A stretch of 64,000 bases of DNA from an uncultured delta proteobacterium (GCA_963737265.1 CAVTRY010000002.1:1-64000); one strand, 5' to 3'; positions 33,718 to 44,999 are shown, numbered from the stretch's first letter. Notes: a model not told the origin generated them from the letters alone. Numbers and translations: made by a program.

Positions 33718-35242
33718 ATGTTGCGGCTTTCACATCTGCTCGCGCAATGTCGCCGGCGCGCGCATCGTGTTGGGCAGCGACGCCATGGAGGTAGGCGACG
33801 TCAAGGACGATTCCCGCCGCGTGGTCGCGGGCGATCTTTTCGTGGCCGTGCCTGGGACGAAACAGGACGGGCGCAAGTTCGTCGCCGAAGCGCTGGCCAA
33901 GGGCGCGGCGGCGATCTTGACCGAGGATGAGCAAGGCGTCGACGCCGACCTGGCGGCGCGGGCCGCGCTGATTGTGGTGCCAAGCGCACGGCGAGCCCTG
34001 GGCATCGTGGCGGCCAATCGCTTTGCGACGACCACCGGGCTGACCTTGACGGCGGTGACTGGCACCAACGGAAAAACTACCACGACCTATCTTGTCGAGG
34101 CCATCATGGCCGCGGCAGGGCGCAAGGCGGGCGTCATCGGAACGGTCGGTTATCGCTGTGGCGGCAGGCAGAAGGAGGCGTCGCTCACCACGCCAGGAGC
34201 GCTGGAGCTGCACGCCATGCTGGCCGAGATGAACCAGGGTGGTGCCAGCGATGTCGTGATGGAGGCGTCGTCCATCGCGCTCGATCAGGGCCGCTTGGCC
34301 GGTTGCCGGTTTCGCGTCGCCGCGCTTACCAATGTCACGCAGGATCACCTCGACTATCACGGCACGATGGAGCGTTACTTTGCGGCCAAGGCCATCTTGT
34401 TCCGCGAGCTGATGGCGTCGTCCGGCGTGGCCGTGTTCTTCGCCGACGATGCGCAGGGAACGGCGATGAGGCGCGAAGCCACCTGTCAGGTGCTCACCCT
34501 CAGTCGCGACGATCGCGGCGCCGACGTGGCGGTCCTCGACCGTCAACTCGGGCCCGACGGCATCCACCTGCGCCTCGGCACACCCGTAGGAACCATCGAC
34601 CTCGCCTCGCCACTGGTCGGGGATTTTAATTTGGCCAACATTCTGACCGCCGTCGGGATCGCGCTGGGACACGGGGTTTCGCCGAGCGCCATCGCCGCGG
34701 GTGTGGCGCGCCTACGTGGGGTTCCCGGCCGGCTCGAATCCGTGGCCAACGAGGCCGGCGTGCTGTGCGTGGTCGACTACGCACATACGCCGGATGCGCT
34801 CGAACGCGCCTTGGATGTCCTGCGACCGCTCGCCAGGGGACGGCTCATCTGCGTGTTCGGCTGCGGCGGCGACCGCGATCGCAGCAAGCGACCGCTGATG
34901 GGCGAGGCGGCCGCCAGGCGGGCGGACATCACGCTCGTGACGTCGGACAACCCGCGCACGGAGAAACCCGAGGCGATCATCGAGATGATTCTTACCGGCG
35001 TGCGCAGGGCGGGAAAGGCCGAGCGCTCGGCGGCCGAGCTGGCGCAAGGCCAGACGGGATTTCACGTTGAGCCCGACCGCTCGAGGGCGATTTCGCGCGC
35101 GGTGGCCCTGGCGAAGCTCGGGGACGTAGTCTTGCTGGCAGGCAAGGGGCACGAGGACTACCAGATCATCGGCACCGACAAGATGCACTTCGACGATCGG
35201 GAAATCGCGTCCGCCGCCTTCGCGGCTCGGAGGGGCGCGTGA
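33718..35242 (+). CDS. murE: UDP-MurNAc-tripeptide (meso-DAP) ligase (apparent frameshift at ~33745)
   Basis: VTGTNGKTT, DYAHTPD, DNPR, AGKGHE. Confidence 0.95.
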
Positions 35243-36675
35243 CCTTTGCCAACCCACTGCCAAAATCCCGGCCGCTTGCTTGGGCGTGCGTAGCGATGGG
35301 CGGAACCATGCTTGCCCAGGTCGGCGACGACGTGACCTTCGTCGGCGTGGCTACCGACAGCCGCGCTGTGAAACCTGGCCGGCTCTTCTTTGCTCTGCTG
35401 GGCGAACGGGTCGACGGTTTCGACTATTGTTCGACGGCGGCAGCGGCCGGTGCGGCGGCTGTTGTGGTCGCGGCTGCCCAGGGGCGGCCTGCCGGGTGCG
35501 ACGGCATACCCGTGATTGCGGTCGCCGATGTTCGCCGCGCGCTCGGCGATCTGGCGCGTGCCGTGCGCGCGTGCTTCCACGGCCGGGTCGTCGGGGTCAC
35601 TGGTTCCAACGGTAAGACCACCACCAAGGAGCTTATTGCCGCCGCGCTCGGCGTGGCTGGCACGGTCCTGCGCACCCAGGGGAACTTGAACACCGATGTC
35701 GGCTTGCCCATGACAGTGCTGGAATCGACAGAGGCGGAAGACTTCTGGGTCTTGGAGATGGCGATGCGGGCGCGCGGCGAAATCGCCTACCTGGCTGACA
35801 TCGCCAAGCCGCACGTCGGGGTCGTCACCAATGTGGCCGCGGCGCACCTCGAACGCTTGGGCACGGTCGACGAGGTGGCGCGTGCTAAGGGCGAGATCTT
35901 CCATGCCCTGGCCAGAGACGGCGTCGCCGTGATGCCCGCCGACGATGAGCGCATCGAGCGCGAGGCCCGGCACCTGGCCGAGAATCGCAAGCTGCGCTTC
36001 GCTTTTTCGGGGTCGCGGCCGACGCCAGCACATGTGCGAATCCTGGAATTGACGCCCGACGGTCCCAAGGGATCGGTGATTCGCCTTTCGGTGGGCAGCA
36101 CACCGCTGGTGTTGCGGCTGCCGCTGGCCGGCGAGCACAACGCGCGCAACGCCGCCGCGGCTCTGGCCGTGGTTTCGGCGTTCTCGCTTCCGCTTGTCGC
36201 CGCGTGTGCCGCTCTCGAAACAGCTGTTCTGCCTCCGCACCGTTCGCGCCTGCACGCCTTCGCCGGGCGCAACGTGATGGACGACTGCTACAACGCCAAT
36301 CCCGATTCCATGCAGGCAGCGCTGCGCGCGGTGGCGGCTTCCGCGAGCTCATCCCAGCGCGCTTTCGCGATTCTGGGCGACATGCTGGAGCTTGGCCCGC
36401 AAGCCGCCGATCAGCACCGAGAGCTCGGCCGGGAAGTCGCCCGTCTGGGATTTGCGGGCCTGGCCACCGTGGGCGAGCTGGCAGCCCACACGGCAACGGG
36501 AGCGAAGGCCGGCGGCGTGGCTGCGAACCGCGTCCTGGCAACCATGGACCCCGACGTTGCGGCGGCTGCCATCGCCGAATGGTCCAAACCGGGCGACTGG
36601 GTGCTGGTCAAGGCGTCACGCGGATTGCGACTCGAACGCGCGCTCGAAGCGCTGGAAAAGAAATTGGGAAGCTAG
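35239..36675 (+). CDS. murF: UDP-MurNAc-tripeptide D-Ala-D-Ala ligase
   Basis: TGSNGKTTTKE, DDCYNANP, GDMLELG, VKASRG. Confidence 0.96.
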   Translation: MTFANPLPKSRPLAWACVAMGGTMLAQVGDDVTFVGVATDSRAVKPGRLFFALLGERVDGFDYCSTAAAAGAAAVVVAAAQGRPAGCDGIPVIAVADVRRALGDLARAVRACFHGRVVGVTGSNGKTTTKELIAAALGVAGTVLRTQGNLNTDVGLPMTVLESTEAEDFWVLEMAMRARGEIAYLADIAKPHVGVVTNVAAAHLERLGTVDEVARAKGEIFHALARDGVAVMPADDERIEREARHLAENRKLRFAFSGSRPTPAHVRILELTPDGPKGSVIRLSVGSTPLVLRLPLAGEHNARNAAAALAVVSAFSLPLVAACAALETAVLPPHRSRLHAFAGRNVMDDCYNANPDSMQAALRAVAASASSSQRAFAILGDMLELGPQAADQHRELGREVARLGFAGLATVGELAAHTATGAKAGGVAANRVLATMDPDVAAAAIAEWSKPGDWVLVKASRGLRLERALEALEKKLGS

Positions 36676-36678
36676 GCC

Positions 36679-37794
36679 ATGTTGTTTCACTTGTTCCAGC
36701 GGCTGCGCGGCGAATTCGGCGCTTTCAACGTCTTCCGTTACGTGTCCACGCGGACCATGCTCTCCACGCTCACGTCGTTGCTCATCACCCTGGTGGTGGC
36801 GCCGTGGTTCATTCGGCGGGCACGCGCCCGCCAGCTCGGCGAGATCATCAGGGACGACGGGCCGGCCGGTCACGCCAGCAAGCAGGGAACGCCGACAATG
36901 GGCGGCGCGCTCATCATCATGGCGCTGGTCACCGGTACCGTGCTGTGGTGCGATTTGACGAGCCCTCTCGTGTGGCCAGCCCTGTTCGTGACCGTGGGCT
37001 ACGGCGCGCTCGGATTCGTCGACGACTACTTGAAAATCGCCAAGAAGAACAAGCGCGGCGTGCCGGGCAAGCTCAAGCTGCTAGCGCAATTCATCATCGG
37101 CGGCGTGGCGGTGGCGTGGCTTTTCTACGGCGGCGGGCTGGCGCCCGAGATCAGCGACCGCCTTGCCGTACCGCTGCTCAATTTCGACCACCATGCGATT
37201 CGAATTCCGCTCCTTGTCTATTCCCTGGTCGGCCTCGTTCTGGTGGTGATGGGCTGTTCCAACGGCGTGAACCTGACCGACGGTCTCGATGGCTTGGCCA
37301 TCGGGCCCGTGATTGTTTCCGCCTTCACCTACATGTTGCTTTGCTATGCTGCCGGCCAAACGTTGGCGGGTTTCAACATCGCGCACTACCTCGGCATGGC
37401 GCACGTCCGTGGTGCTGGCGAGCTGGCGGTGTTCTGCGGTGCGATCGGCGGCGCCGGCATCGGCTTCCTTTGGTACAATACCCATCCCGCGCAGGTGTTC
37501 ATGGGCGACGTCGGCGCCCTGGCGCTGGGCGGAGCCATCGGTTTCGTGGCCCTCGCCACCAAGACCGAGCTGTCGCTGCCCGTGATTGGCGGGATTTTCG
37601 TCGTCGAGGGGCTTTCCGACATCATCCAGGTCGGCTACTACAAGGCGACCAAGCGCCGCATCTTCCTGATGGCGCCCATCCACCACCACTTCGAGAAAAA
37701 GGGCTGGCCCGAATCCCGCATCGTGGTGCGTTTCTGGATTGTTTCCTTTTTCTGCGCCATCGTTGGGCTGCTTCTGACCTTGAAAGTTCGTTGA
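36679..37794 (+). CDS. mraY: phospho-MurNAc-pentapeptide transferase
   Basis: K.GTPTMGG, DDYLK, NLTDGLDGLA, FMGDVG, MAPIHHHFE. Confidence 0.97.
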   Translation: MLFHLFQRLRGEFGAFNVFRYVSTRTMLSTLTSLLITLVVAPWFIRRARARQLGEIIRDDGPAGHASKQGTPTMGGALIIMALVTGTVLWCDLTSPLVWPALFVTVGYGALGFVDDYLKIAKKNKRGVPGKLKLLAQFIIGGVAVAWLFYGGGLAPEISDRLAVPLLNFDHHAIRIPLLVYSLVGLVLVVMGCSNGVNLTDGLDGLAIGPVIVSAFTYMLLCYAAGQTLAGFNIAHYLGMAHVRGAGELAVFCGAIGGAGIGFLWYNTHPAQVFMGDVGALALGGAIGFVALATKTELSLPVIGGIFVVEGLSDIIQVGYYKATKRRIFLMAPIHHHFEKKGWPESRIVVRFWIVSFFCAIVGLLLTLKVR

Positions 37795-37804
37795 GTCTTT
37801 GGTG

Positions 37805-39211
37805 ATGCAAAATTCCCAGCGCGATCTGGCCGGCAAACGCATACTGGTGGTGGGCCTTGGCCGATCCGGGATCGCGGCGGCGCGCCTGTGCGCCAACCAG
37901 GGCGCGCGCGTCACCGTGAACGACGCCAAGCCGGCCGGCGAGTTGCGGGCCGAGCTGGTGCAGTTGCCCGCCGGGGTGCGCGCGGAGCTAGGCGGCCATC
38001 GCGCCGAGACCTTTCAAGCGCAGGACATGATCGTGCTTTCGCCAGGCGTGCCGCCGTTGCCCGCGATCGAAGCCGCCCGCGCCAGCGGGGTCTTCGTCAC
38101 CGGCGAGCTGGAGCTGGCGTCGTGGTTCATCGAATCGACCATCGTCGCCATCACCGGCACCAACGGAAAATCCACGACCACCACCTTGTGCGGCGCCATT
38201 CTAGGCGCCAATGGTCGGCCGACCTTCGTGGGTGGCAACCTGGGCACGCCGCTGTCCGAAGCCGTGGGCACGCAGGCCGCGCGTCCGGGCGGAAACTGCG
38301 TGGTCGAAGTGTCGAGCTTTCAGCTCGAAACCGTGCGCACGTTTCGGCCGCAGGTTGCCGTCCTGCTCAACATTACGCCCGACCATCTCGACCGCTACCC
38401 CGATTTTTCGCGCTACATCGCGGCCAAGCAGCGCGTGTTCGAGGCCCAGACCGCGTCGGACTTCGCCGTTGTCAACATCGACGACCCCAACGTGGAAATC
38501 GCCGCCCGCCGAATTCAGAGTCGCTGTGTCCTGATTTCCACGCACCGGGCGCTCGGCGTCGGCGGCTGGGTCGAGGGCGATTCGCTGTGTGTCCGCCTGC
38601 CCGGCGGTCCGATGGAATACTATCCCGCGCTGCTGCCGGGGCTGGTGGGCCGCCACAACCACGAGAATGCGCTCGCCGCGCTCATCGCCGCCCGCCTGCT
38701 TGGTGCCTTGCCGTCCGAGGCGCGTCTGGCGCTGGTCGCCTTCCGCCCGCTTGCCCATCGCATGGAGCTGGTAGGCAACTTCAACGACATCGAGTTTTAC
38801 GACGATTCCAAAGGCACCAACGTCGGCGCTGTGGTCGCAGCCTTGGACGGATTTCCCCGCCGCGTGGTGCTCATCGCGGGCGGCAAGGACAAGGGCGGAT
38901 TCTACGCGCCGCTTGCCGAGGTTATGCGCAAGTCGGGTCGGGCCGCGGTGCTTATCGGCGAAGCGGCGCCCAAGATGCGCGAGGCGCTGGCCCCGGTCGT
39001 GCCGGTGGAAATCGCCGCCACCATGGCAGAGGCCGTCGACCTGGCCGCCGGCCTCGCCCAACGCGGAGATGCGGTGGTGCTGTCACCGGCGTGTTCCAGC
39101 TTCGACATGTTTCGCGACTACGCCCACCGCGCCGAGGCGTTTCGCGCCGCGGTTCACGAGGTGATTTCCAGCACCTCGGACAAGATCCCGCTCGATCCGG
39201 AGGTGGATTGA
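37805..39211 (+). CDS. murD: UDP-MurNAc-L-Ala D-Glu ligase
   Basis: GLGRSG, ITGTNGKST, SSFQLE, DSKGTN, SPACSSFDMF. Confidence 0.96.
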   Translation: MQNSQRDLAGKRILVVGLGRSGIAAARLCANQGARVTVNDAKPAGELRAELVQLPAGVRAELGGHRAETFQAQDMIVLSPGVPPLPAIEAARASGVFVTGELELASWFIESTIVAITGTNGKSTTTTLCGAILGANGRPTFVGGNLGTPLSEAVGTQAARPGGNCVVEVSSFQLETVRTFRPQVAVLLNITPDHLDRYPDFSRYIAAKQRVFEAQTASDFAVVNIDDPNVEIAARRIQSRCVLISTHRALGVGGWVEGDSLCVRLPGGPMEYYPALLPGLVGRHNHENALAALIAARLLGALPSEARLALVAFRPLAHRMELVGNFNDIEFYDDSKGTNVGAVVAALDGFPRRVVLIAGGKDKGGFYAPLAEVMRKSGRAAVLIGEAAPKMREALAPVVPVEIAATMAEAVDLAAGLAQRGDAVVLSPACSSFDMFRDYAHRAEAFRAAVHEVISSTSDKIPLDPEVD

Positions 39212-40479
39212 TGGGCCTGCGCGAGCGTATTCTCTCCTGGCGGCCGAGACGCAAGCGCGACCTGCGCGCGGAGCTTGGCGAGGCGTCGGCGGCCGACGGA
39301 CCGGACTTGCTGCTGGTGGCAGCGGTGCTGGCGCTGACCGGCTTTGGCGCCGTGATGGTGTTCTCGGCCGGCGCCGTGTTCGCAGCCAAGACCTACGGCG
39401 ATTGGACCTACTTTCTCAAACGCGAGGCGATCTACGCCGGCGCGGGGCTGCTGGCCTTCCTGGTAAGCTCGCGCCTCGACTATTCGGTGTATCGAAAGAT
39501 TACCTATCCGCTCCTTTTTCTTGCGGTGGCGCTGCTGGCGGCGGTCTTGAAGCTCGGGCCGGCCATCAACGGGGCCGTACGCTGGTTTCGCTTGGGCCCC
39601 CTGTCGTTCCAGCCGTCCGAATTGGCCAAGTTCGCGCTCGCGCTTTACCTCGCGGTGCTGCTGGTGCGCAAGGCGGAGAAGGTGCGCGACTTTTCCATGG
39701 GCTTTTTGCCGCCGCTGCTCATGACCGGGGTGTTTCTCGGGCTTCTGCTCAAGCAGCCCGATCTTGGAACCGCGGTCATCATCGGCGTCACCGCGCTCGG
39801 GCTGCTGTTCGTGGCCGGTACGCGCACGAGCTACATCTTGCTGTCCGTGCTCATCGCCGCACCCGTGGGCTGGAAGGTGTTCATCACCGGCGAGTCGTGG
39901 CGCATGAAGCGCCTGCTGGCGTTTCTCTATCCTTGGCAATACCGCCGCGACACCGGCTACCAGCTCTACGAGTCGCTCATCAGTGTCGGCTCGGGCGGCG
40001 TGTGGGGGCAGGGCTTAGGCCAAGGGCACCAGAAGCTGTTTTTCTTGCCCGAGGCGCACACGGATTTCATCCTCGCCGTCGTGGGCGAAGAGCTGGGGTT
40101 GGTCGGCATGCTGGCCGTGCTGGCGACCTTCGCCGTGCTGGTGTGGCGCGGGCTGCGCGCGTCCATACGTGCGCGCGACCCCTACGGCTGCTACCTGGCC
40201 TTCGGCATCACCTGCCTGTTCGGGCTGCAAACCATCGTCAACATGTGTGTCGTGCTGGGACTGCTGCCGACCAAGGGCCTGCCGTTGCCGTTCGTCAGCT
40301 ACGGCGGCACCTCGCTTGTCATGAGCCTGTTCATGGCCGGCGTGCTGGTCAACATCTCGGCGCGCGCGCCGGAGCCGTCGCGCATGACCTTGTGGCAATC
40401 GCTGCGTGCGGTACGCAGCAAATCCAAGAACCGGCGCAACGACGCGGCCGACGTGCGGGTCGTGGTCGAGGTCCGCTGA
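39211..40479 (+). CDS. ftsW: SEDS peptidoglycan polymerase FtsW
   Basis: FQPSELAK, QPDLGT, LPEAHTDFI, LPFVSYGGTS. Confidence 0.96.
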   Translation: MGLRERILSWRPRRKRDLRAELGEASAADGPDLLLVAAVLALTGFGAVMVFSAGAVFAAKTYGDWTYFLKREAIYAGAGLLAFLVSSRLDYSVYRKITYPLLFLAVALLAAVLKLGPAINGAVRWFRLGPLSFQPSELAKFALALYLAVLLVRKAEKVRDFSMGFLPPLLMTGVFLGLLLKQPDLGTAVIIGVTALGLLFVAGTRTSYILLSVLIAAPVGWKVFITGESWRMKRLLAFLYPWQYRRDTGYQLYESLISVGSGGVWGQGLGQGHQKLFFLPEAHTDFILAVVGEELGLVGMLAVLATFAVLVWRGLRASIRARDPYGCYLAFGITCLFGLQTIVNMCVVLGLLPTKGLPLPFVSYGGTSLVMSLFMAGVLVNISARAPEPSRMTLWQSLRAVRSKSKNRRNDAADVRVVVEVR

Positions 40480-40480
40480 C

Positions 40481-41605
40481 GTGCGCTTGCTGGTTGCGGG
40501 CGGCGGAACTGGCGGTCACCTTTTTCCGGGCATCGCCATCGCCGACGAGGTTGTTCGGCGCGGCGGCGGCGAGGTGCTCTTCGTGGGCACCAGCCGTGGC
40601 ATCGAGACCCGCGCCGTGCCAGCCGCTGGCTATGCGCTGGAGACGCTGACGGTGAGCGGGCTCAAGCGCATGGGCCTTGCCGGCACCCTGCGTGGCCTGT
40701 TTCGTCTGCCCGTGGCCATGGCCAAGTCGCTGTCGATTCTGCGACGGTTTCGGCCCGACATCGTGGTGGGCGTGGGCGGCTATGCCTCGGGACCGATGGT
40801 GCTGGCGGCAGCTCTTTCGGGCTATCCGACCGCTATCCAGGAACAGAACAGCGTGCCGGGCATCACCAATCGGATTTTGGGCAAGCTGGTTTCTGCCGTG
40901 TTCATCGCGTTCGAAGACGCCGCCGGTTTTTTCCCCGGGCGGAAGATCGAACGCCTCGGCAATCCCGTGCGGCGAGCGATCGTGACCGCCTTGGAGCGCG
41001 CGCGCGGCGAGACGCTGGCGGCGGACAAGCTGCGCATCCTCGTGGTCGGCGGCAGCCAGGGCGCGCGCGCCGTCAGCGACCTGGTCATGTCCGCCGCCGC
41101 GATCCTCGCCGGCAGGGGCTTGGACTTTTCGCTGGTTCATCAGACTGGAAGCGCGGATCTCGAACGCGCCGAGGAACGCTATCGATCACTCGGGCTAGCT
41201 GGCTGTGTCAACGTTCGGCCGTTCATCGAGGACATGGCCACGGCGTATGCGCAAGCGGATGTCGTGGTCGCGCGCGCCGGCGCCCTGACCTTGGCCGAGC
41301 TGGCGATCGCCAGCAAGCCGGCACTTCTGATCCCGCTTCCCACCGCGGCGGACGACCACCAGAGCAAGAACGCCGCGCGCTTTGCCGGGGCTGGCGCGGC
41401 GTTGGTGCTGAATCAACGAACCGCCAGCGCCGAAGATCTGGCGACGACGCTCGGCGAGCTGGCCCAGGATCGCCCTAGGCGCGCCGGGATGAGCGCGGCC
41501 ATGCACGATCTCGCACGGCCGCAAGCAGCATCGGCCATCGTCGACCGCCTGGAGGCGATGTGCAAAGAGAAAGGGCGTGTCAGTCTCGGACCAACACGCC
41601 CTTGA
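40481..41605 (+). CDS. murG: lipid II GlcNAc transferase
   Basis: GGGTGGH, GGY, EQN, GNPVR, GGSQGA, HQ.KNA. Confidence 0.96.
   Translation: MRLLVAGGGTGGHLFPGIAIADEVVRRGGGEVLFVGTSRGIETRAVPAAGYALETLTVSGLKRMGLAGTLRGLFRLPVAMAKSLSILRRFRPDIVVGVGGYASGPMVLAAALSGYPTAIQEQNSVPGITNRILGKLVSAVFIAFEDAAGFFPGRKIERLGNPVRRAIVTALERARGETLAADKLRILVVGGSQGARAVSDLVMSAAAILAGRGLDFSLVHQTGSADLERAEERYRSLGLAGCVNVRPFIEDMATAYAQADVVVARAGALTLAELAIASKPALLIPLPTAADDHQSKNAARFAGAGAALVLNQRTASAEDLATTLGELAQDRPRRAGMSAAMHDLARPQAASAIVDRLEAMCKEKGRVSLGPTRP
41571..41603. terminator. possible bidirectional hairpin between convergent murG and barrel gene
   Basis: AAGGGCGTGT...ACACGCCCTT inverted repeat overlapping the end of murG. Confidence 0.5.
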
Positions 41606-41625
41606 GCGTTTCGCAGAACCGCCGG

Positions 41626-42303
41626 CTAGTCAGTGTAGAACATGAGCGAGGCGAGGTAGTTGAGGGGCGCCACTGTCGGTGCGGATTTGGAGGAATCGAC
41701 ACCAAATAGACCCAAGGTATAGGTGCTGCCGCTCTTCTGGTACGAAAGGAAATTGGTGTTGAGCGCGATGCCCACGGAGAACCAGCGCGCAAAGAAGTGT
41801 TCCACCCCGGCCTGTATCGGAATGGTGATCCCAATCGCGGTGTTTGCGGTGTCGTCTGTGCCGGTATTCTTGTGGAAGCTGAGGCCCAACCCCGCGCCAA
41901 CGCTGAGGCGGGTCGATGTCGACTTCCAGGGAACGTAGGCGACAAGAGCTTGTGGGCTGAAGTTCCAAGCGGTGGGGCCGCCGCCGCTGCCTTTGGCAAC
42001 GGCGAGGGTGAGGGACGGCACGACTGCGAGGACATCACTGAGCCAGTACTTGAGAATGAGGAGTTCGCTGGGCTTGACGAGGTCGGTTCCAGCCGCAACC
42101 CCGGTGCCGAAACCGACCGCTCCGGTCATGTCGTCTGTGGCCCTGGGGCCCATCAAGGGTGCCGCCGGAATTACCGCAGCTTCGGTGCCAGGCGCCACGG
42201 CGGGTGCCGGAGCGATGGGGGCTTGAGCCAAGGCGGGCATGGCAGCACCGAGGATCGATGCCAGAGCTGTCGATGCGATGAAGTAGATTTTGGTTCGGGT
42301 CAT
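41626..42303 (-). CDS. probable small outer-membrane beta-barrel protein
   Basis: AAGAAGGA RBS; signal peptide; amphipathic strands (RLSVGAGLGLSF, AGVEHFFARWFSVG). Confidence 0.65.
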   Translation of the reverse strand: MTRTKIYFIASTALASILGAAMPALAQAPIAPAPAVAPGTEAAVIPAAPLMGPRATDDMTGAVGFGTGVAAGTDLVKPSELLILKYWLSDVLAVVPSLTLAVAKGSGGGPTAWNFSPQALVAYVPWKSTSTRLSVGAGLGLSFHKNTGTDDTANTAIGITIPIQAGVEHFFARWFSVGIALNTNFLSYQKSGSTYTLGLFGVDSSKSAPTVAPLNYLASLMFYTD

Positions 42304-42442
42304 GTTTGATTTCCTTCTTTTGGTTGATGAGTTGAGTCTTGCGGGTGCCGACGGTGCGGCAATGTGTCCTACACCAACACACATATGTAATTTCTAGCCT
42401 GATTCCTTGTATCTGTCACGTTTCTACACTGGCGCGTCGTGT

Positions 42443-43051
42443 CTAGGCGAAGTTGTTGAAGTAGCCAATCGACTTGGCCCGTGCCTTCACCTGCTCTTCG
42501 GCTTCAAGTAGCTCGGCGGTCGAGTCCCAGCGGCCGGTGAGAAATTGCTGGCGAACGCCATCGGGCATGCCGAAGGCGTAGCGCTTGCCGGCCACCTCGA
42601 TGGACTTGTCCTGTAGGCTTAGGCGGATTGATGCCGTGGCATCTCTCTCGACTGTGGCCATCAGCGCCTCGATCGTGGCCTGGCTCACCTTGCAGCAGGG
42701 CACGCCGATGGCGACGCAGTTGCCGAAGAAGATCTCGGCGAAGCTTTCGCCCACGACGACCCGCACGCCCCAACGATTGATCGCCTGGGGCGCATGCTCG
42801 CGCGACGATCCGCAGCCGAAGTTCTTGTTTACCAGCAGCACCTGCGCCCCTTGATACGCCGGGTTGTCGAAGGCGTGGCAGGCGCCGGTCGCGCCGAGCT
42901 GGGCGCGGTCGTCCTCGAATGCGTGCTCGCCGAGGCCGTCGAACACCACGGTACGCAGGTAGCGCGCGGGGATGATGCGGTCGGTGTCGATGTCGTTGCC
43001 GCGCAGGGGGATTGCGCGTCCTTCGAACAGATTGCGTTTGACGTCTTCCAT
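42443..43051 (-). CDS. leuD: 3-isopropylmalate dehydratase small subunit
   Basis: [34 protein letters not shown]. Confidence 0.95.
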   Translation of the reverse strand: MEDVKRNLFEGRAIPLRGNDIDTDRIIPARYLRTVVFDGLGEHAFEDDRAQLGATGACHAFDNPAYQGAQVLLVNKNFGCGSSREHAPQAINRWGVRVVVGESFAEIFFGNCVAIGVPCCKVSQATIEALMATVERDATASIRLSLQDKSIEVAGKRYAFGMPDGVRQQFLTGRWDSTAELLEAEEQVKARAKSIGYFNNFA

Positions 43052-43069
43052 GGTTGTCGATCCCTTTCC

Positions 43070-44491
43070 TTAGCCAATCCCAAAGATCTTGCGTGCGTCC
43101 GCGACCTTGCCGGTGATGGCGGCGGCGGCCACCATGAGCGGGCTCATGAGCAGGGTGCGGCCTTGCGGCGATCCCTGGCGCCCTTTGAAGTTGCGATTCG
43201 ACGACGAGGCGCAGACCTCGCGGCCGGCCAGCTTGTCCGGGTTCATCGCCAGGCACATCGAGCAGCCGGCCTCGCGAAACATGAAGCCGGCGTCGCTGAA
43301 CACCTTGTCCCAGCCGCGCGCCAACATGTCGTTGCGCACCTGCTCTGAACCAGGCACTACCAAGGCGCGCACATTCGGCTGTACCTTGTATTTGCCGGCC
43401 TTGAGGACCTTCACCACCTCTTCGAAATCGGACAGGCGGCCGTTGGTGCACGACCCGATGAAGGCGACGTCGATCTTGGTTCCCACGATGGGCTGGCCGG
43501 GCTGGAAATCCATGTACGCATAGGCCTCTCGCACGGAATCGCGCTCGTTCTCGCCGAACGATTCGGCAGACGGGATGGCGGCGTCCACGGCGACCGACTG
43601 CGCCGGCGTGATGCCCCAGGTCACCACGGGCGGGATGTCTTCGGCGCGGATGCGAACCACGTCGTCGTAGCTTGCGCCGGAATCGCTTTTGACGCTTTCC
43701 CAGTAAGCCACTGCGCGATCCCAGGCCAGACCTTTAGGAGAATACTCGCGACCCTTGAGATAGGCGTACGTTGTCTGGTCGGGATTGACGTAACCGCAGC
43801 GCGCGCCGCCCTCGATGCTCATGTTACAGACGGTCATGCGCTCGTCCATGGTGAAGCGGTCGAAGAGATCGCCGCCGTATTCGTAGGCGAAGCCCACGCC
43901 GCCGTTCACGCCGAGAAGCTGAATGATGTAGAGGATCACGTCCTTGGCGTACACGCCCGGGCGCAGGTTGCCGGTGACTTCGATGCGCCGGACTTTGAGC
44001 TTTTCCATGGCCAGGGTCTGCGTCGCCAACACGTCGCGGATCTGTGAGGTGCCGATGCCGAAGGCGAGCGCGCCGAAGGCGCCGTGGGTGGCTGTGTGCG
44101 AATCGCCGCAGCAGATGGTCATGCCGGGCTGGGTGAGGCCGCGCTCGGGGCCGACGACGTGGACGATGCCGTTTTCGTTGGCAGCGGGCGAAAAGAAGCG
44201 GATGCCGAAGTCTTTCACGGACTTCTCCAGGCTTTGCAGCATCTCTTCCGCCATGGCGTCCTGGTATGGACGCAACTTGGTGTGCGTGGGCACGATGTGG
44301 TCCACGGTGGCGAAGGTTCGCTCGGGAAACAGGACCTTCAGTTTGCGCTCGCGAATCATGGCGAAGGCCTGCGGAGAGGTTACTTCGTGCAGCAGGTGCA
44401 AGCCCATGAGCAGTTGGGCCTGCCCCGACGGCAGTTGGCGAACGACGTGTCGGTCGAAGACTTTTTCGTACAGCGTTTGGGCCATGGTCAT
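43070..44491 (-). CDS. leuC: 3-isopropylmalate dehydratase large subunit
   Basis: [41 protein letters not shown]. Confidence 0.96.
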   Translation of the reverse strand: MTMAQTLYEKVFDRHVVRQLPSGQAQLLMGLHLLHEVTSPQAFAMIRERKLKVLFPERTFATVDHIVPTHTKLRPYQDAMAEEMLQSLEKSVKDFGIRFFSPAANENGIVHVVGPERGLTQPGMTICCGDSHTATHGAFGALAFGIGTSQIRDVLATQTLAMEKLKVRRIEVTGNLRPGVYAKDVILYIIQLLGVNGGVGFAYEYGGDLFDRFTMDERMTVCNMSIEGGARCGYVNPDQTTYAYLKGREYSPKGLAWDRAVAYWESVKSDSGASYDDVVRIRAEDIPPVVTWGITPAQSVAVDAAIPSAESFGENERDSVREAYAYMDFQPGQPIVGTKIDVAFIGSCTNGRLSDFEEVVKVLKAGKYKVQPNVRALVVPGSEQVRNDMLARGWDKVFSDAGFMFREAGCSMCLAMNPDKLAGREVCASSSNRNFKGRQGSPQGRTLLMSPLMVAAAAITGKVADARKIFGIG

Positions 44492-44964
44492 TTGTCCTTG
44501 TTCATGCTTGCGTACTCATCCAGACGTTCGGTCAGGGTGCTTCCGAAGGTGACGAAATTTTCGATCTGGGCGCGGTCGAGCGGCAGCCAGATCTTTTCGA
44601 TGGCCAGCTCGCGCTCCTCGCGCAGGGTTTGCAGAATGCGCTTGCCCCTGGCGGTCAGGACATAGTCGCGTTGCCGGCCGTCGGACTTGGACAGGCTGAC
44701 GCTGATGAGATTCTTGCCGAGAAGCTGGCGCAGGGTTTTGGAAACCGCTGCGGGCGAGCTTTCGCGCGTCTTCGCGAACATGCTGGGCATGAAGTGCTCG
44801 CGCGAGATTTCTTCAAGAACGCCCCACTGTCCGTCGCTGAGCCCCACCGAAAAGGCGAGCTGTTCGCGGCGGCGCGCAAAAGAGCCGGTCAGGCGGCCGA
44901 GGCAAGCGATGGCCGCGTGGACCGCGGCCAAGTCGGCGCGAGAGCCGGTGCGGTTGCTTGCCAT
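44488..44964 (-). CDS. MarR-family transcriptional regulator
   Basis: [32 protein letters not shown]; stop overlaps the leuC start. Confidence 0.88.
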   Translation of the reverse strand: MASNRTGSRADLAAVHAAIACLGRLTGSFARRREQLAFSVGLSDGQWGVLEEISREHFMPSMFAKTRESSPAAVSKTLRQLLGKNLISVSLSKSDGRQRDYVLTARGKRILQTLREERELAIEKIWLPLDRAQIENFVTFGSTLTERLDEYASMNKDK

Positions 44965-44999
44965 GGATAAATAGTTAACCTTGGTTAACTAAAAGTCAA
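44965..44999 (-). promoter_or_regulatory. sigma70-like promoter with palindromic operator upstream of marR
   Basis: TTGACT (44999-44994), 17 bp, weak -10 AACTAT, 6 nt, ATG; inverted repeat TAGTTAACC-TT-GGTTAACTA at 44972-44991. Confidence 0.75.

Noticed and set aside
32525-34672. Long antisense/overlapping ORFs (also 45337-47127, 56572-58026, 19699-20997)
   Set aside because: Shadow ORFs expected opposite real genes in high-GC DNA; no motifs.
37888-39210. N-terminally extended FtsW (863 aa) and FtsI (820 aa) from the ORF track
   Set aside because: The extensions overlap murD and ftsL; better starts are at 39211 and 31658.
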